From: Eukaryota sp. GEM-RC1
Taxonomy: Eukaryota
Direction: 5' to 3'
NCBI GenBank assembly: GCA_040285855.1
Contig: JAUFOQ010000003.1
Coordinates: forward strand, 1,364,001 to 1,428,000
DNA length: 64,000 bases
Part shown: piece after piece, positions 32,634 to 44,600 of the stretch
Position numbering within the stretch: the stretch's first letter is position 1
How the letters are laid out: each line of letters begins with the position of its first letter
Made by a program: the position numbers and the translations under genes
The notes under the pieces: model-generated
Database searches by the model: none
Seen by the model: only the letters and a program-made list of their open reading frames with translations
Told to the model about the DNA's origin: nothing

Positions 32634-35600
32634 ATGACCATCAACAACTCTGCGTCCCTGACTCCATTAGACATAGTTGAATCATCTGAATACAATCCGA
32701 TATTCTGCCACCCCTCCTCAACTTCTCCCACTGAGCGGCCCACCACTCCAGTTGATGAGATGTTTATAGATTGTCTTGAGTATTCATCTGATGAAGCAGT
32801 TACGTGTCAAGAGTTCTCAGACGATGAATGTGTCTTTTCCACCCCCCAACGATGTCCCTTCACTACCTCTTCTCCTACCGTGACAAAGTATAACAGTTTG
32901 ACCATTGAGCCCTCTTCTAATCTGTCCGTCACGTCATCTTCGTTCCTTGAAGACGACGTGTCCACATGTGACGTCAATCAACTGAATAAGTCTCCAGCTA
33001 AAATGGAATGTGTTGAACAATTCGAACAAATTTCTCCTGAACCAAAAGTTGACGAACAATTATTAGCTAATGAGGTCGAAGAAGTTGAACAAATTTCTCC
33101 TGAACTAAAAGTTGACGAACAATTATTAGCTAATGAGGTCGAAGAAGTCGAACAAATTTATCCTGAACTAAAAGTTGACGAACAATTATTAGCTAATGAG
33201 GTTGAAGAAGTCGAACAAATTTCTCCTGAACCAAAAGTTGACGATCAATTATTAGCTAAAGATATTGAACAAGTCGAACAAATTTCTCCTGAACTAAAAG
33301 TTGACGAACAATTATTAGCTAATGAGGTCGAAGAAGTCGAACAAATTTCTCCTGAACTAAAAGTTGACGAACAATTATTAGCTAATGAGGTCGAAGAAGT
33401 CGAACAAATTTCTCCTGAACTAAAAGTTGACGAACAATTATTAGCTAATGAGGTCGAAGAAGTCGAACAAATTTCTCCTGAACCAAAAGTTGACGATCAA
33501 TTATTAGCTAATGAGGTCGAAGAAGTCGAACAAATTTCTCCTGAACCAAAAGTTGACGATCAATTATTAGCTAATGAGGTCGAAGAAGTCGAACAAATTT
33601 CTCCTGAACTAAAAGTTGACGAACAATTATTAGCTAAAGATATTGAAGAAGTTGAACAAATTTCTCCTGAACTAAAAGTTGACGAACAATTATTAGCTAA
33701 TGAGGTTGAAGAAGTTGAACAAATTTCTCCTGAACTAAAAGTTGACGAACAATTATTAGCTAATGAGGTTGAAGAAGTTGAACAAATTTCTCCTGAACTA
33801 AAAGTTGACGAACAATTATTAGCTAATGAGGTTGAAGAAGTTGAACAAATTTCTCCTGAACCAAAAGTTGACGATCAATTATTAGCTAAAGATATTGAAC
33901 AAGTCGAACAAATTTCTCCTGAACCAAAAGTGGACGATCAATTATTAGCTAATGAGGTTGAAGAAGTTGAACAAATTTCTCCTGAACCAAAAGTTGACGA
34001 TCAATTATTAGCTAAAGATATTGAACAAGTCGAACAAATTTCTCCTGAACCAAAAGTGGACGATCAATTATTAGCTAATGAGGTCGAAGAAGTCGAACAA
34101 ATTTCTCCTGAACCAAAAGTGGACGATCAATTATTAGCTAAAGATATTGAAGAAGTCGAACAAATTTCTCCTGAACCAAAAGTGGACGATCAATTATTAG
34201 CTAATGAGGTCGAAGAAGTCGAACAAATTTCTCCTGAACCAAAAGTGGACGATCAATTATTAGCTAATGAGGTCGAAGAAGTCGAACAAATTTCTCCTGA
34301 ACCAAAAGTGGACGAACAATTATTAGCTAATGAGGTCGAAAAAGTCGAACAAATTTCTCCTGAACTAAAAGTTGACGATCAATTATTAGCTAAAGATATT
34401 GAAGAAGTCGACCAAATATCTCCTGAACTAAAAGTTGACGATCAATTATTAGCTAAAGATATTGAAGAAGTCGAACAAATTTCTCCTGAACCAAAAGTGG
34501 ACGATCAATTATTAGCTAATGAGGTCGAAGAAGTCGAACAAATTTCTCCTGAACCAAAAGTGGACGATCAATTATTAGCTAATGAGGTCGAAGAAGTCGA
34601 ACAAATTTCTCCTGATCCAAAAGTGGACGATCAATTATTAGCTAAAGATATTGAAGAAGTCGAACAAATTTCTCTTGAACCAAAAGTGGACGATCAATTA
34701 TTAGCTAATGAGGTCGAAAAAGTCGACCAAATATCTCCTGAACTAAAAGTTGACGATCAATTATTAGCTAAAGATATTGAAGAAGTCGACCAAATATCTC
34801 CTGAACTAAAAGTTGACGATCAATTATTAGCTAATGAGGTCGAAGAAGTCGAACAAATTTCTCCTGAACTAAAAGTTGACGATCAATTATTAGCTAATGA
34901 GGTCGAAGAAGTCGAACAAATTTCTCCTGAACCAAAAGTGGACGATCAATTATTAGCTAATGAGGTCGAAGAAGTCGAACAAATTTCTCCTGAACCAAAA
35001 GAGGACGATCAATTATTAGCTAATGAGGTCGAAGAAGTCGAACAAATTTCTCCTGAACCAAAAGTGGACGATCAATTATTAGCTAATGAGGTCGAAGAAG
35101 TCGAACAAATTTCTCCTGAACTAAAAGTTGACGATCAATTATTAGCTAAAGATATTGAAGAAGTCGAACAAATTTCTCCTGAACCAAAAGTGGACGATCA
35201 ATTATTAGCTAATGAGGTCGAAGAAGTCGAACAAATTTCTCCTGAACCAAAAGTGGACGATCAATTATTAGCTAATGAGGTCGAAGAAGTCGAACAAATT
35301 TCTCCTGAACTAAAAGTTGACGATCAATTATTAGCTAATGAGGTCGAAGAAGTCGAACAAATTTCTCCTGAACCAAAAGTGGACGATCAATTATTAGCTA
35401 ATGAGGTCGAAGAAGTCGAACAAATTTCTCCTGAACCAAAAGTGGACGATCAATTATTAGCTAATGAGGTCGAAGAAGTCGAACAAATTTCTCCTGAACC
35501 AAAAGTGGACGATCAATTATTAGCTAATGAGGTCGAAGAAGTCGAACAAATTTCTCCTGAACTAAAAGTTGACGATCAATTATTAGCTAATGAGGTCGAA

Positions 35601-35729
35601 GAAGTCGAACAAATTTCTCCTGATCCAAAAGTTGACAAACAATCTTCAACTGACCTTTTGTCTGGTTTTCATGAAGATTTACCAGTTCTTGAAAGTCATT
35701 CTAAGGGATGTTGCTGTGTATTAATGTAA
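32634..35729 (+). CDS. Acidic tandem-repeat protein with C-terminal CaaX (CCCVLM), predicted prenylated/palmitoylated
   Basis: Ser/Thr/Pro-rich N-terminus, ~41 copies of EQISPE(P/L)KVD(D/E)QLLA(NEV/KDI)EEV, and the terminus KGCCCVLM*. Confidence 0.8.
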   Translation: MTINNSASLTPLDIVESSEYNPIFCHPSSTSPTERPTTPVDEMFIDCLEYSSDEAVTCQEFSDDECVFSTPQRCPFTTSSPTVTKYNSLTIEPSSNLSVTSSSFLEDDVSTCDVNQLNKSPAKMECVEQFEQISPEPKVDEQLLANEVEEVEQISPELKVDEQLLANEVEEVEQIYPELKVDEQLLANEVEEVEQISPEPKVDDQLLAKDIEQVEQISPELKVDEQLLANEVEEVEQISPELKVDEQLLANEVEEVEQISPELKVDEQLLANEVEEVEQISPEPKVDDQLLANEVEEVEQISPEPKVDDQLLANEVEEVEQISPELKVDEQLLAKDIEEVEQISPELKVDEQLLANEVEEVEQISPELKVDEQLLANEVEEVEQISPELKVDEQLLANEVEEVEQISPEPKVDDQLLAKDIEQVEQISPEPKVDDQLLANEVEEVEQISPEPKVDDQLLAKDIEQVEQISPEPKVDDQLLANEVEEVEQISPEPKVDDQLLAKDIEEVEQISPEPKVDDQLLANEVEEVEQISPEPKVDDQLLANEVEEVEQISPEPKVDEQLLANEVEKVEQISPELKVDDQLLAKDIEEVDQISPELKVDDQLLAKDIEEVEQISPEPKVDDQLLANEVEEVEQISPEPKVDDQLLANEVEEVEQISPDPKVDDQLLAKDIEEVEQISLEPKVDDQLLANEVEKVDQISPELKVDDQLLAKDIEEVDQISPELKVDDQLLANEVEEVEQISPELKVDDQLLANEVEEVEQISPEPKVDDQLLANEVEEVEQISPEPKEDDQLLANEVEEVEQISPEPKVDDQLLANEVEEVEQISPELKVDDQLLAKDIEEVEQISPEPKVDDQLLANEVEEVEQISPEPKVDDQLLANEVEEVEQISPELKVDDQLLANEVEEVEQISPEPKVDDQLLANEVEEVEQISPEPKVDDQLLANEVEEVEQISPEPKVDDQLLANEVEEVEQISPELKVDDQLLANEVEEVEQISPDPKVDKQSSTDLLSGFHEDLPVLESHSKGCCCVLM
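33013..35640 (+). repeat. 63-bp coding minisatellite, about 41-42 units
   Basis: Unit GAACAAATTTCTCCTGAA(C/T)..AAAGT(T/G)GACGA(T/A)CAATTATTAGCTAA... repeated in frame. Confidence 0.97.
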
Positions 35730-36079
35730 GACTAAGAGTACTTGGTAAAGTCTTCTACACGAGTTATTTAACATGCGTTCTATAATCCTTAAAAACGTGA
35801 CTTTTAATCAAATGGATTTGGTAGTTCTAGATTGTTTAATTATTTAGATATTCATATTACTTTTTTGTTCCTGTATGTATAAATTGTATAAAAATCCAGA
35901 CGGTTAAACTTTTTCTTTCTTTGTTGTACTAGGTTACCATTAGGCACCGAATAACGAATATTTGTACTACATGTACTACTAGTATAGAATAATTATAACT
36001 TAATTTCGGTACGCAATTTGATTGTTGTCATTTTAAGGTCAGGATAATGCAGTTCGAGATCAAAAATTTCTAATGGGTA

Positions 36080-36230
36080 TTTTTTTTTAACAATTTGTTT
36101 TTATTGACAACATCATTATAATAATCAAATATTTTCCAAAGTCCAAATCTCCTATCTGGAAATTCTCAGATACCTTATACTCATAATGTCTGCTAAGATA
36201 TAATAAAGCGCTAGATACAGAAGTGGCCAG
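36080..36230 (-). mobile_element. ~150-bp 3' stub of CRE-like subfamily C with poly(A)
   Basis: Matches 27835-27965 in reverse; on the element strand AATAAA is followed by A9. Confidence 0.75.
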
Positions 36231-36279
36231 TCTGGTCATTATATTATATAAGAACAGTTGAAACTGCAGTCTGTCTCTT

Positions 36280-37220
36280 TTTCACTCAAATCATCTCTTG
36301 ACCTCGACTCCTTTGATGCTCCTAAATCTGAGGACCTTGATTCCGCTGAATTACTTCCTTCTTCAGTTAGTGACTTGATAGAACAACCAGCGACAAAAAA
36401 TTCTTTCAGTTGTGCGTTTTGTCATAAAATTGACTGATACGTGACTTTTTTTTGTAAATCTTGTACAACGATCGATTCTTTTTGTTGTCCAGTCAAAAAA
36501 TTCCTGTTTAATCCAGTCCGTTGGGTTCTATGTCTCTTGCTATGGAATTACAAGCGTTTACGTCAAACCTTAAACAAATTCGGTGGAACATCACTAGGTT
36601 CTGGAAATTCTTTGCTAAAAAGAACAAAATGATGTTAAAGAAAGCAAGGTCTGAAAAAGTCAAATTAATGTCTAATAGCAAGGTGGTACGGAAATTATGT
36701 CGTCGTGGTCGTTATGGTTCTGGAGTCAAGTCCATCCTTTCTTCGGCAATGGCTATTCCAAATTCTGAATGATTCACATGATCGCACAGAATTCTGTGTG
36801 GTTATGACCTCTTGATTCTGTCATTCAAAACTTATCTGCTGACATTTGGAACAAGTGTTTTCATAAGTCAATCGAGTGTCTACATTTATCTGTGGTAAAA
36901 TTGCAAAATTGTGTTTTACATGGCTTAGAAGACTTCGATTTTTCTAAACGTCTTAGTGTGACCAAGGTAAATAATCCCGTCTTTGCTGCTTTTCTTTTGG
37001 ATTTAAAAAACTGTTCATCGTTTATTACTCAACAGCCTAGACCTTATGGTACATCACGCGGCTCCCGAGTTACAACAATTTTTGTAAACGCAATCTGGAA
37101 CTAATGTCTTCATCTCAATAATGAGGCTTGGAAACTTAACATGCGTCTTCGCCTAGGTCTGTTTCCATCTCAATTGTTAGCTAATACTATGTGCTGTTGT
37201 GAAAAGAGACCAAAAGCAAA
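36280..37220 (+). mobile_element. Deleted CRE-like element retaining the pre-RT N-terminal region, joined to a B-like pre-RLE region
   Basis: CAFC zinc-finger-like piece and VRKLCRRGRYG..VKSI.S typical of the CRE pre-RT segment, then KLQN..DFSKRL..NPVFAAFL..QQPRPYG..NMRLRLG. Confidence 0.7.
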
Positions 37221-38619
37221 AAACAGACCTTTTATGGAACAAAAACACTAAAATAAAACCAAATACTAGAACTCAATGTCATTAAAGCAACAATCATTGC
37301 CATTAAAACTCACATCAGCTTTTTCTTCATAAAAATCACTGAGAGCTAATAGAGCTTTTGAAATCATAATAGGAATTGATTTAAATATTGTAAAGACAAT
37401 ACGATTCAACCAAAATTTGAAATCAAATTTCTTGTTCATTCTTTTTTTTTGACTATTTTCTCAAAATCAGAGAGAAAAAAAAGAGCATCTCTACCAAGTC
37501 GACCATAAATTGAAATTGCAAAAGGACATAATTTGTACTCAACATGTCTAATATGTTTGAGAGCAGTCAATGGTTCATCATATGGGATTCTCTTGTATTG
37601 TTCTGAAGAATTCAGTGGAGAAACTTCATTTTTAGCATCCTTGAATGCACTTTTTTTGCAAACATCCACAGTAATCACATCAACAACGGTTAGTTCATCA
37701 TTGACTGAAGGAACTATAACATCAGCTCTTCTTTTACCAAAAGTCTTATCAAAATCACTATTTTTTAAATTATTGATTTCCAGTGATCTCAACAGTGGCT
37801 CAACAAAACATTCGATTTTGTAGGACTTACACATGGCATGAATTTGATCTCTGACAGCATCATGAATACAAGTTCTATAAGTAATGAAACGATTACAACT
37901 CAAAAGGTGAGAAAAAGTAACTAATTTACCACATTTATATTGAAGATCATTGGTTAAATTAGAGGGCCACAAGAAACATCGAAGTCTGAATGTAGTAGAC
38001 CATTGATGATCATTCAACAACAAACCATAAATCTGAGGAATTTGGTTAATCAAAGCAACTGATCCTTCAAATCAATTAAATAATTTGCGAACGCTGGATT
38101 TTTTTTCTTTGGTCGAGCCAAGTCGAATTTTAAAATCCAGACATTCAAAATGTTTTAAAAGGTGTTTTTGGAGTTTCTTAAGAGCATATTTTAACGAGGT
38201 GACACATCGTTCTGGTATTTCACAAATATCTGCTGGAAAACACGTTTGCCAGAGGGCAGGTGAAATTAGCGACAATTCTGGTCTCAAATTTACCAAGATA
38301 AAACTACTTGTCGAAAGAAGAAGATTTTCTAGACTTGGGTAACGTCTACAGAACTCAAAGACAAAATTCTTACCACCACCAATGAAAGCAGATTTGGTCC
38401 ACCATTTAGACGAAGTGAAACCAATACCACCAAGATGAGGGTCTGGGAAGATGTGATTGTTCAAAGCAGGAGGATCCACAGACAACAAAAATGCAAGAAA
38501 GTCAGTACGAATTTTGTTAAAGCTTCTACAGAAGTTATAGGTAAGTACAGGGGGTAGAGAGCGAAGCAGATGAGTAACTTTTCCTGAATAACTTTTTTTA
38601 TAAAAAACAGTTTATTTAA

Positions 38620-41600
38620 CAAAAACACTAAAATAACACAAATACTAGAACTCAATATCATTAAAGCAACAATCATTGCCATTAAAACTCACATCAGCTT
38701 TTTCTTCATAAAAAACACTGAGAGCTAATAGAGCTTTTGAAATCATGATAGGAATTGTTTTAAATATTGTAAAAACAATACGATTCAACCAAAATTTGAA
38801 ATCAAATTTCTTGTTCATTCTTTTTTGACCACTTTCTCAAAATCAGAGAGAAAACAAAGAGCATCTCTACCAAGTCGACCATAAATTGAAATTGCAAAAG
38901 GACATAATTTGTACTCAACATGTCTAATATGTTTGAGAGCAGTCAATGGTTCATCATATTTGTTTCTCTTGTGCTGTTCTAGAATTCAGTGGAGAAACTT
39001 CATTTTTAGCATCCTTGAATGCACTCTTTTGCAAACATCCACAGTAATCACATCAACAACGGTTAGTTCATCATTGATTGATGGAACTGAGACATCAGCT
39101 ATTCTTTTACCAAAAGTCCTATCAGAATTACTATTTTTTAAATTATTGATTTCCAGTGATCTCAACAGTGGCTCAACAAAAGATTCGATTTTGTAGGAAT
39201 TACACATGGCATGAATTTGATCTCTGACAGCATCATGAATACAAGTTCTATAAGTAATGAAACGATTACAACTCAAAAGGTGAGAAAAAGTAACTAATTT
39301 ACTACATTTACATTGAAGATCATTGGGTAAATTAGAGGGCCACAAGAAACATCGAAGTCTGAAAGTAGTAGTCCATTGATGATCATTCAACAACAAACCA
39401 TAAATCTGAGGAATTTGGTTAATCAAAGCAACTGATCCTTCAAATCAATTAAATAATTTGCGAACGCTGGATTTTTTTTCTTTGGTCGAGCCAAGTCGAA
39501 TTTTAAAATCCAGACATTCAAAATGTTTTAAAAGGTGTTTTTGGAGTTTCTTAAGAGCATATTTTAACGAGGTGACACATCGTTCTGGTATTTCACAAAT
39601 ATCTGCTGGAAAACACGTTTGCCAGAGGGCAGGTGAAATTAGTGACAATTCTGGTCTCAAATTTACCAAGATAAAACTACTTGTCGAAAGAAGAAGATTT
39701 TCTAGACTTGGGTAACGTCTACAGAACTCAAAGACAAAATTCTTACCACCACCAATGAAAGCAGATTTGGTCCACCATTTAGACGAAGTGAAACCAATAC
39801 CACCAAGAGGGAGGATCTGAGAAGATGTGATTGTTCAAAGCAGGAGGATCCACTGATAACAAAAATGCAAGAAAGTCAGTACGAATTTTGTTAAAGCTTC
39901 TACAGAAGTTATAGGTAAGTACAGGGGGTAGAGAGCGAAGCAGATGAGTAACTTTTCCTGAATAACAAATTTTTAGCATGAAGAATTTGACATGTTTTTC
40001 CAATTGCAATTCCTTAATTTGATCTAATTCTTTTCGCATTGAATCCAAATATACATTCAGATCTTTAACAATGTTGTCATGTGAACCAAGATAGCAACCT
40101 AGAAATCTAAAGCTTGAAGATAAGTAGTTCACAAAGGGAACCTCTAAAGAATTAACAATTAAAGTTACAGGTACCTTGGCAATCAAAAAACATTTTTGCA
40201 CATTTAATTGAAGTCCAATTGCATCGTACAAATCAGCAGCCTGATTCGCAATAATACGAAGAGTTGACATAGGAGCAATAAAAAAAATGACATTAATATA
40301 GCCAACTATCTTAAGGTCTGGGTATTTTTTCAAATACACAAAAGCGAATCATGGATAGCGAAACAAAAGAAAAGAGGCCATCAGGATCTCCTTGTTTAAC
40401 TCCAGACATAGATTTCAATGAATATGAATCATAAACTAAATCGCTTGGTTTTCCATAAAAAAATAGAAGTAGGATCACAACTCAAGAAAGTCTTTTACAA
40501 TAGCAGCAAAAAAAAGACTTACGACTAACTGAATTAAACGTATTTTTGGCCAAACGAAGACGCATATTGATCATCCAAGCTTCATCAGATAGATGTAATC
40601 CAAACACCTTAAGAATTTGATAAATAAATCCAAAAGGTCCCACTATTACAAAGGTCAATTAAAAAAGCAGCGAACTCGGGACTATTAGTTTTAGCCAAGC
40701 TAATGCGATCGTTGAACCACTTTTAAGATCTTTAGAACCAAGTAACAAATGTAATATTGAAGAACAGAACCAATTTTTTTGGTAAACGGAGAGCAGATGT
40801 TGTTGTCCTTCTTCTTCAGACAAATTGTTTGTTGTTGATGTAGTGTCAGTGGATGTTTGTAAAAGACATCTTTAAAGAATGCTTACTCTGAAACTTCCCC
40901 TTTAGACATTTCTGAACAAGCCAAGCAGGATAAGTACAAGAAACCATTAATAGTTTTAAAACACGTAAAACATGTTGAATACGAATTATGCCCTTTTGTG
41001 TTTCAATTTAAGGACGTTTAGGAAACAGCATTGAATTTTTTAAACGATTGCGGAAAAATCGTTAAAAATAGGATGAACAAACGTTTTGATCATATGTCAT
41101 GGTTGAATCGGATCGTTTTTACTGTTTTTAAAACAATTCCCTTAATCATCTCCAAAGCTGTATTAGCAGTGAGCTCCTTTTATGAGGACAAAGCTGTTGT
41201 AAGGTTTGATAGCGACCGGTGTTGTTTTAATGATATCAAATTTTAGTTGTTTGATCTATTACATTTATAATAAAATAAAAGAGTGTAAAAAAAACTAATA
41301 CGAATATTAAAGTCCAAGAGTTCAAACTCATTTGTCAATATATTTTGCAGTTTACATACACCAGACGGTAGAGATGAAATATTTGTTAAATGAGTCTCCT
41401 TTAAGTGAGTAGGGAACAAAGTTTCCCACATTTCAGGAGACAAAGATGATACCAAATATTTAGCAGATTGAATACATCGACAATTACTGGAATTCAACAG
41501 GTTGATTCCATCCGAGGAAAACTGTTGCAAAAATTCAAACATAAAATTCTGAACACCTCCTAAAAGAGCAGATTTTCTGATGATTTTGGCATGGGTGAGA

Positions 41601-44600
41601 CCTATCCCTACGAATTCAGATGAATAAAAAGCATGAACTGGATTCTTAGTCTCATCAATTTCAGCCAAGTTAGAGACAAAATTTGTTCTAATAGAATTAT
41701 ATTTCTTGGCAAATGTTTCAGTAATGGAATCTAATGAACGTAAAAAGTGATTAATTTTCCCGGCGAAACAGACCTGGAGCATAGCAAAAGAAACATGTGT
41801 ACTCAAATCTAAAGATAATATTTGATTTAGTTTTTCTTCAATGGTAGTCAATGAACTCTCCAATTCTGAATGACTTTACCCATAATTTCCCAAAAATGTG
41901 CCAAGAAAACGAAAACATTGAGTAGAATAATCGTTGATAGGAATATTACAAAAACCAAGATTAGAAACATTCGAAGACTTAACAACAAGAAAACTTATCA
42001 AAATTAATTGTTAAACTAATACTGAAAGAAAAAAATCCCGCTTTTGTAAGTGTCTTAGAGAATTATTATGCATGCCCCCTCCAAATTTTAGGCATGTCCC
42101 TTAATTTCTATTCTCACCTTAACTCTCATTGTTCTCTTACAAAGACGCTCATATGAAATAAAATTGTCGTTTAGGTACCGTACTGCTCTCGATGTCAAAG
42201 GAGTGACCACGAGAGAAACGAAGCAGAGAAATAGTCACAAACCACCTTCTTCACCAGTACTTGGCCTTGTCGAAGAAGATCACTTGTTCTAGAAGAATAT
42301 TCACTTCTGTCACATACAAAAAAAGTTACAAAAAGTTTCAGAACTTTCTTTCATTATTGCTGATGTTATGTCTATCGATGTTTGTAATGGTTCCAACAAG
42401 AAACTTGCTAAATCTAATGCTAAAAACCCTCTATTGATTGGTGAAAAATTTAAAAAAAGAAAAATAGTGTGCTACATTGAATTTATTGAATTCGGCTTCA
42501 CACTCGAATTACTTGTTGTACCCTTTTGTATTTTCACTATTCTTTAGGTGAATCTGCAACATCATTACTTGAAATCTTTGTGAAAATTGTAAAAGAAAAA
42601 ACATCTAGGACTTTTGATCCTAGATTTTGGAAAAGTCGATTTTTTTCCAATTGCATATTTATGGAACAAAAACACTAAAATAGACACAAATACTAGAACT
42701 CAATATCATTGAAGCAACAATCATTGCCATCAAAACTCACATCAGCTTTTTCTTCATAAAAAACACTGAGAGCTAATAGAGCTTTGAAATCATGATAGAA
42801 ATTGTTTTAAATATTGTAAAAACAATACGATCCAACCAAAATTTGAAATCAAATTTCTTGTTCATTCTTTGTTTGACCACTTTCTCAAAATCAGAGAGAA
42901 AACAAAGAGCATCTCTACCAAGTCGACCATAAATTGAAATTGCAAAGGACATAATTTGTACTCAACATGTCTAATATGTTTGAGAGCAGTCAATGGTTCA
43001 TCATATTTGTTTCTCTTGTGCTGTTCTAGAATTCAGTGGAGAAACTTCATTTTTAGCATCCTTGAATACACTCTTTTGCAAACATCCACAGTAATCACAT
43101 CAACAACGGTTAGTTCATCATTGATTGATGGAACTGAGACATCAGCTCTTCTTTTACCAAAAGTCCTATCAGAATTACTATTTTTTAAATTATTGATTTC
43201 CAGTGATCTCAACAGTGGCTCAACAAAAGATTCGATTTTGTAGGAATTACACATGGCATGAATTTGATCTCTGACAGCATCATGAATACAAGTTCTATAA
43301 GTAATGAAACGATTACAACTCAAAAGGTGAGAAAAAGTAACTAATTTACCACATTTACATTGAAGATCATTGGGTAAATTAGAGGGCCACAAGAAACATC
43401 GAAGTCTGAAAGTAGTAGTCCATTGATGATCATTCAACAACAAACCATAAATCTGAGGAATTTGGTTAATCAAAGCAACTGATCATTCAAATCAATTAAA
43501 TAATTTGCGAACGCTGGATTTTTTTCTTTGGTCGAGCCAAGTCGAATTTTAAAATCCAGACATTCAAAATGTTTTAAAAGGTGTTTTTGGAGTTTCTTAA
43601 GAGCATATTTTAACGAGGTGACACATCGTTCTGGTATTTCACAAATATCTGGTGGAAAACACGTTTGCCAGAGGGCAGGTGAAATTAGCGACAATTCTGG
43701 TCTCAAATTTACCAAGATAAAACTACTTGTCGAAAGAAGAAGATTTTCTAGACTTGGGTAACGTCTACAGAACTCAAAGACAAAATTCTTACCACCACCA
43801 ATGAAAGCAGATTTGGTCCACCATTTAGACGAAGTGAAACCAACACCACCAAGATGAGGATCTGAGAAGATGTGATTGTTCAAAGCAGGAGGATCCACAG
43901 ACAACAAAAATGCAAGAAAGTCAGTACGAATTTTGTTAAAGCTTCTACAGAAGTTATAGGTAAGTACAGGGGGTAGAGAGCGAAGCAGATGAGTAACTTT
44001 TCCTGAATAACAAATTTTTAGCATGAAGAATTTGACATGTTTTTCCAATTGCAATTCCTTAATTTGATCTAATTCTTTTCGCATTGAATCCAAATATACA
44101 TTCAGATCTTTAACAATGTTGTCATGTGAACCAAGATAGCAACCTAGAAATCTAAAGCTTGAAGATAAGTAGTTCACAAAGGGAACCTCTAAAGAATTAA
44201 CAATTAAAGTTACAGGTACCTTGGCAATCAAAAAACATTTTTGCACATTTAATTGAAGTCCAATTGCATCGTACAAATCAGCAGCCTGATTCGCAATAAT
44301 ACGAAGAGTTGACATAGGAGCAATAAAAAAAATGACATTAATATAGCCAACTATCTTAAGGTCTGGGTATTTTTTCAAATACACAAAAGCGAATCATGGA
44401 TAGCGAAACAAAAGAAAAGAGGCCATCAGGATCTCCTTGTTTAACTCCAGACATAGATTTCAATGAATATGAATCATAAACTAAATCGCTTGGTTTTCCA
44501 TAAAAAAAATAGAAGTAGGATCACAACTCAAGAAAGTCTTTTACAATAGCAGCAAAAAAAGACTTACGACTAACTGAATTAAACGTATTTTTGGCCAAAC

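Noticed and set aside
33013..35640. CRISPR-like array
   Set aside because: Units are contiguous 63-bp coding repeats with no unique spacers and no cas genes; the context is eukaryotic.
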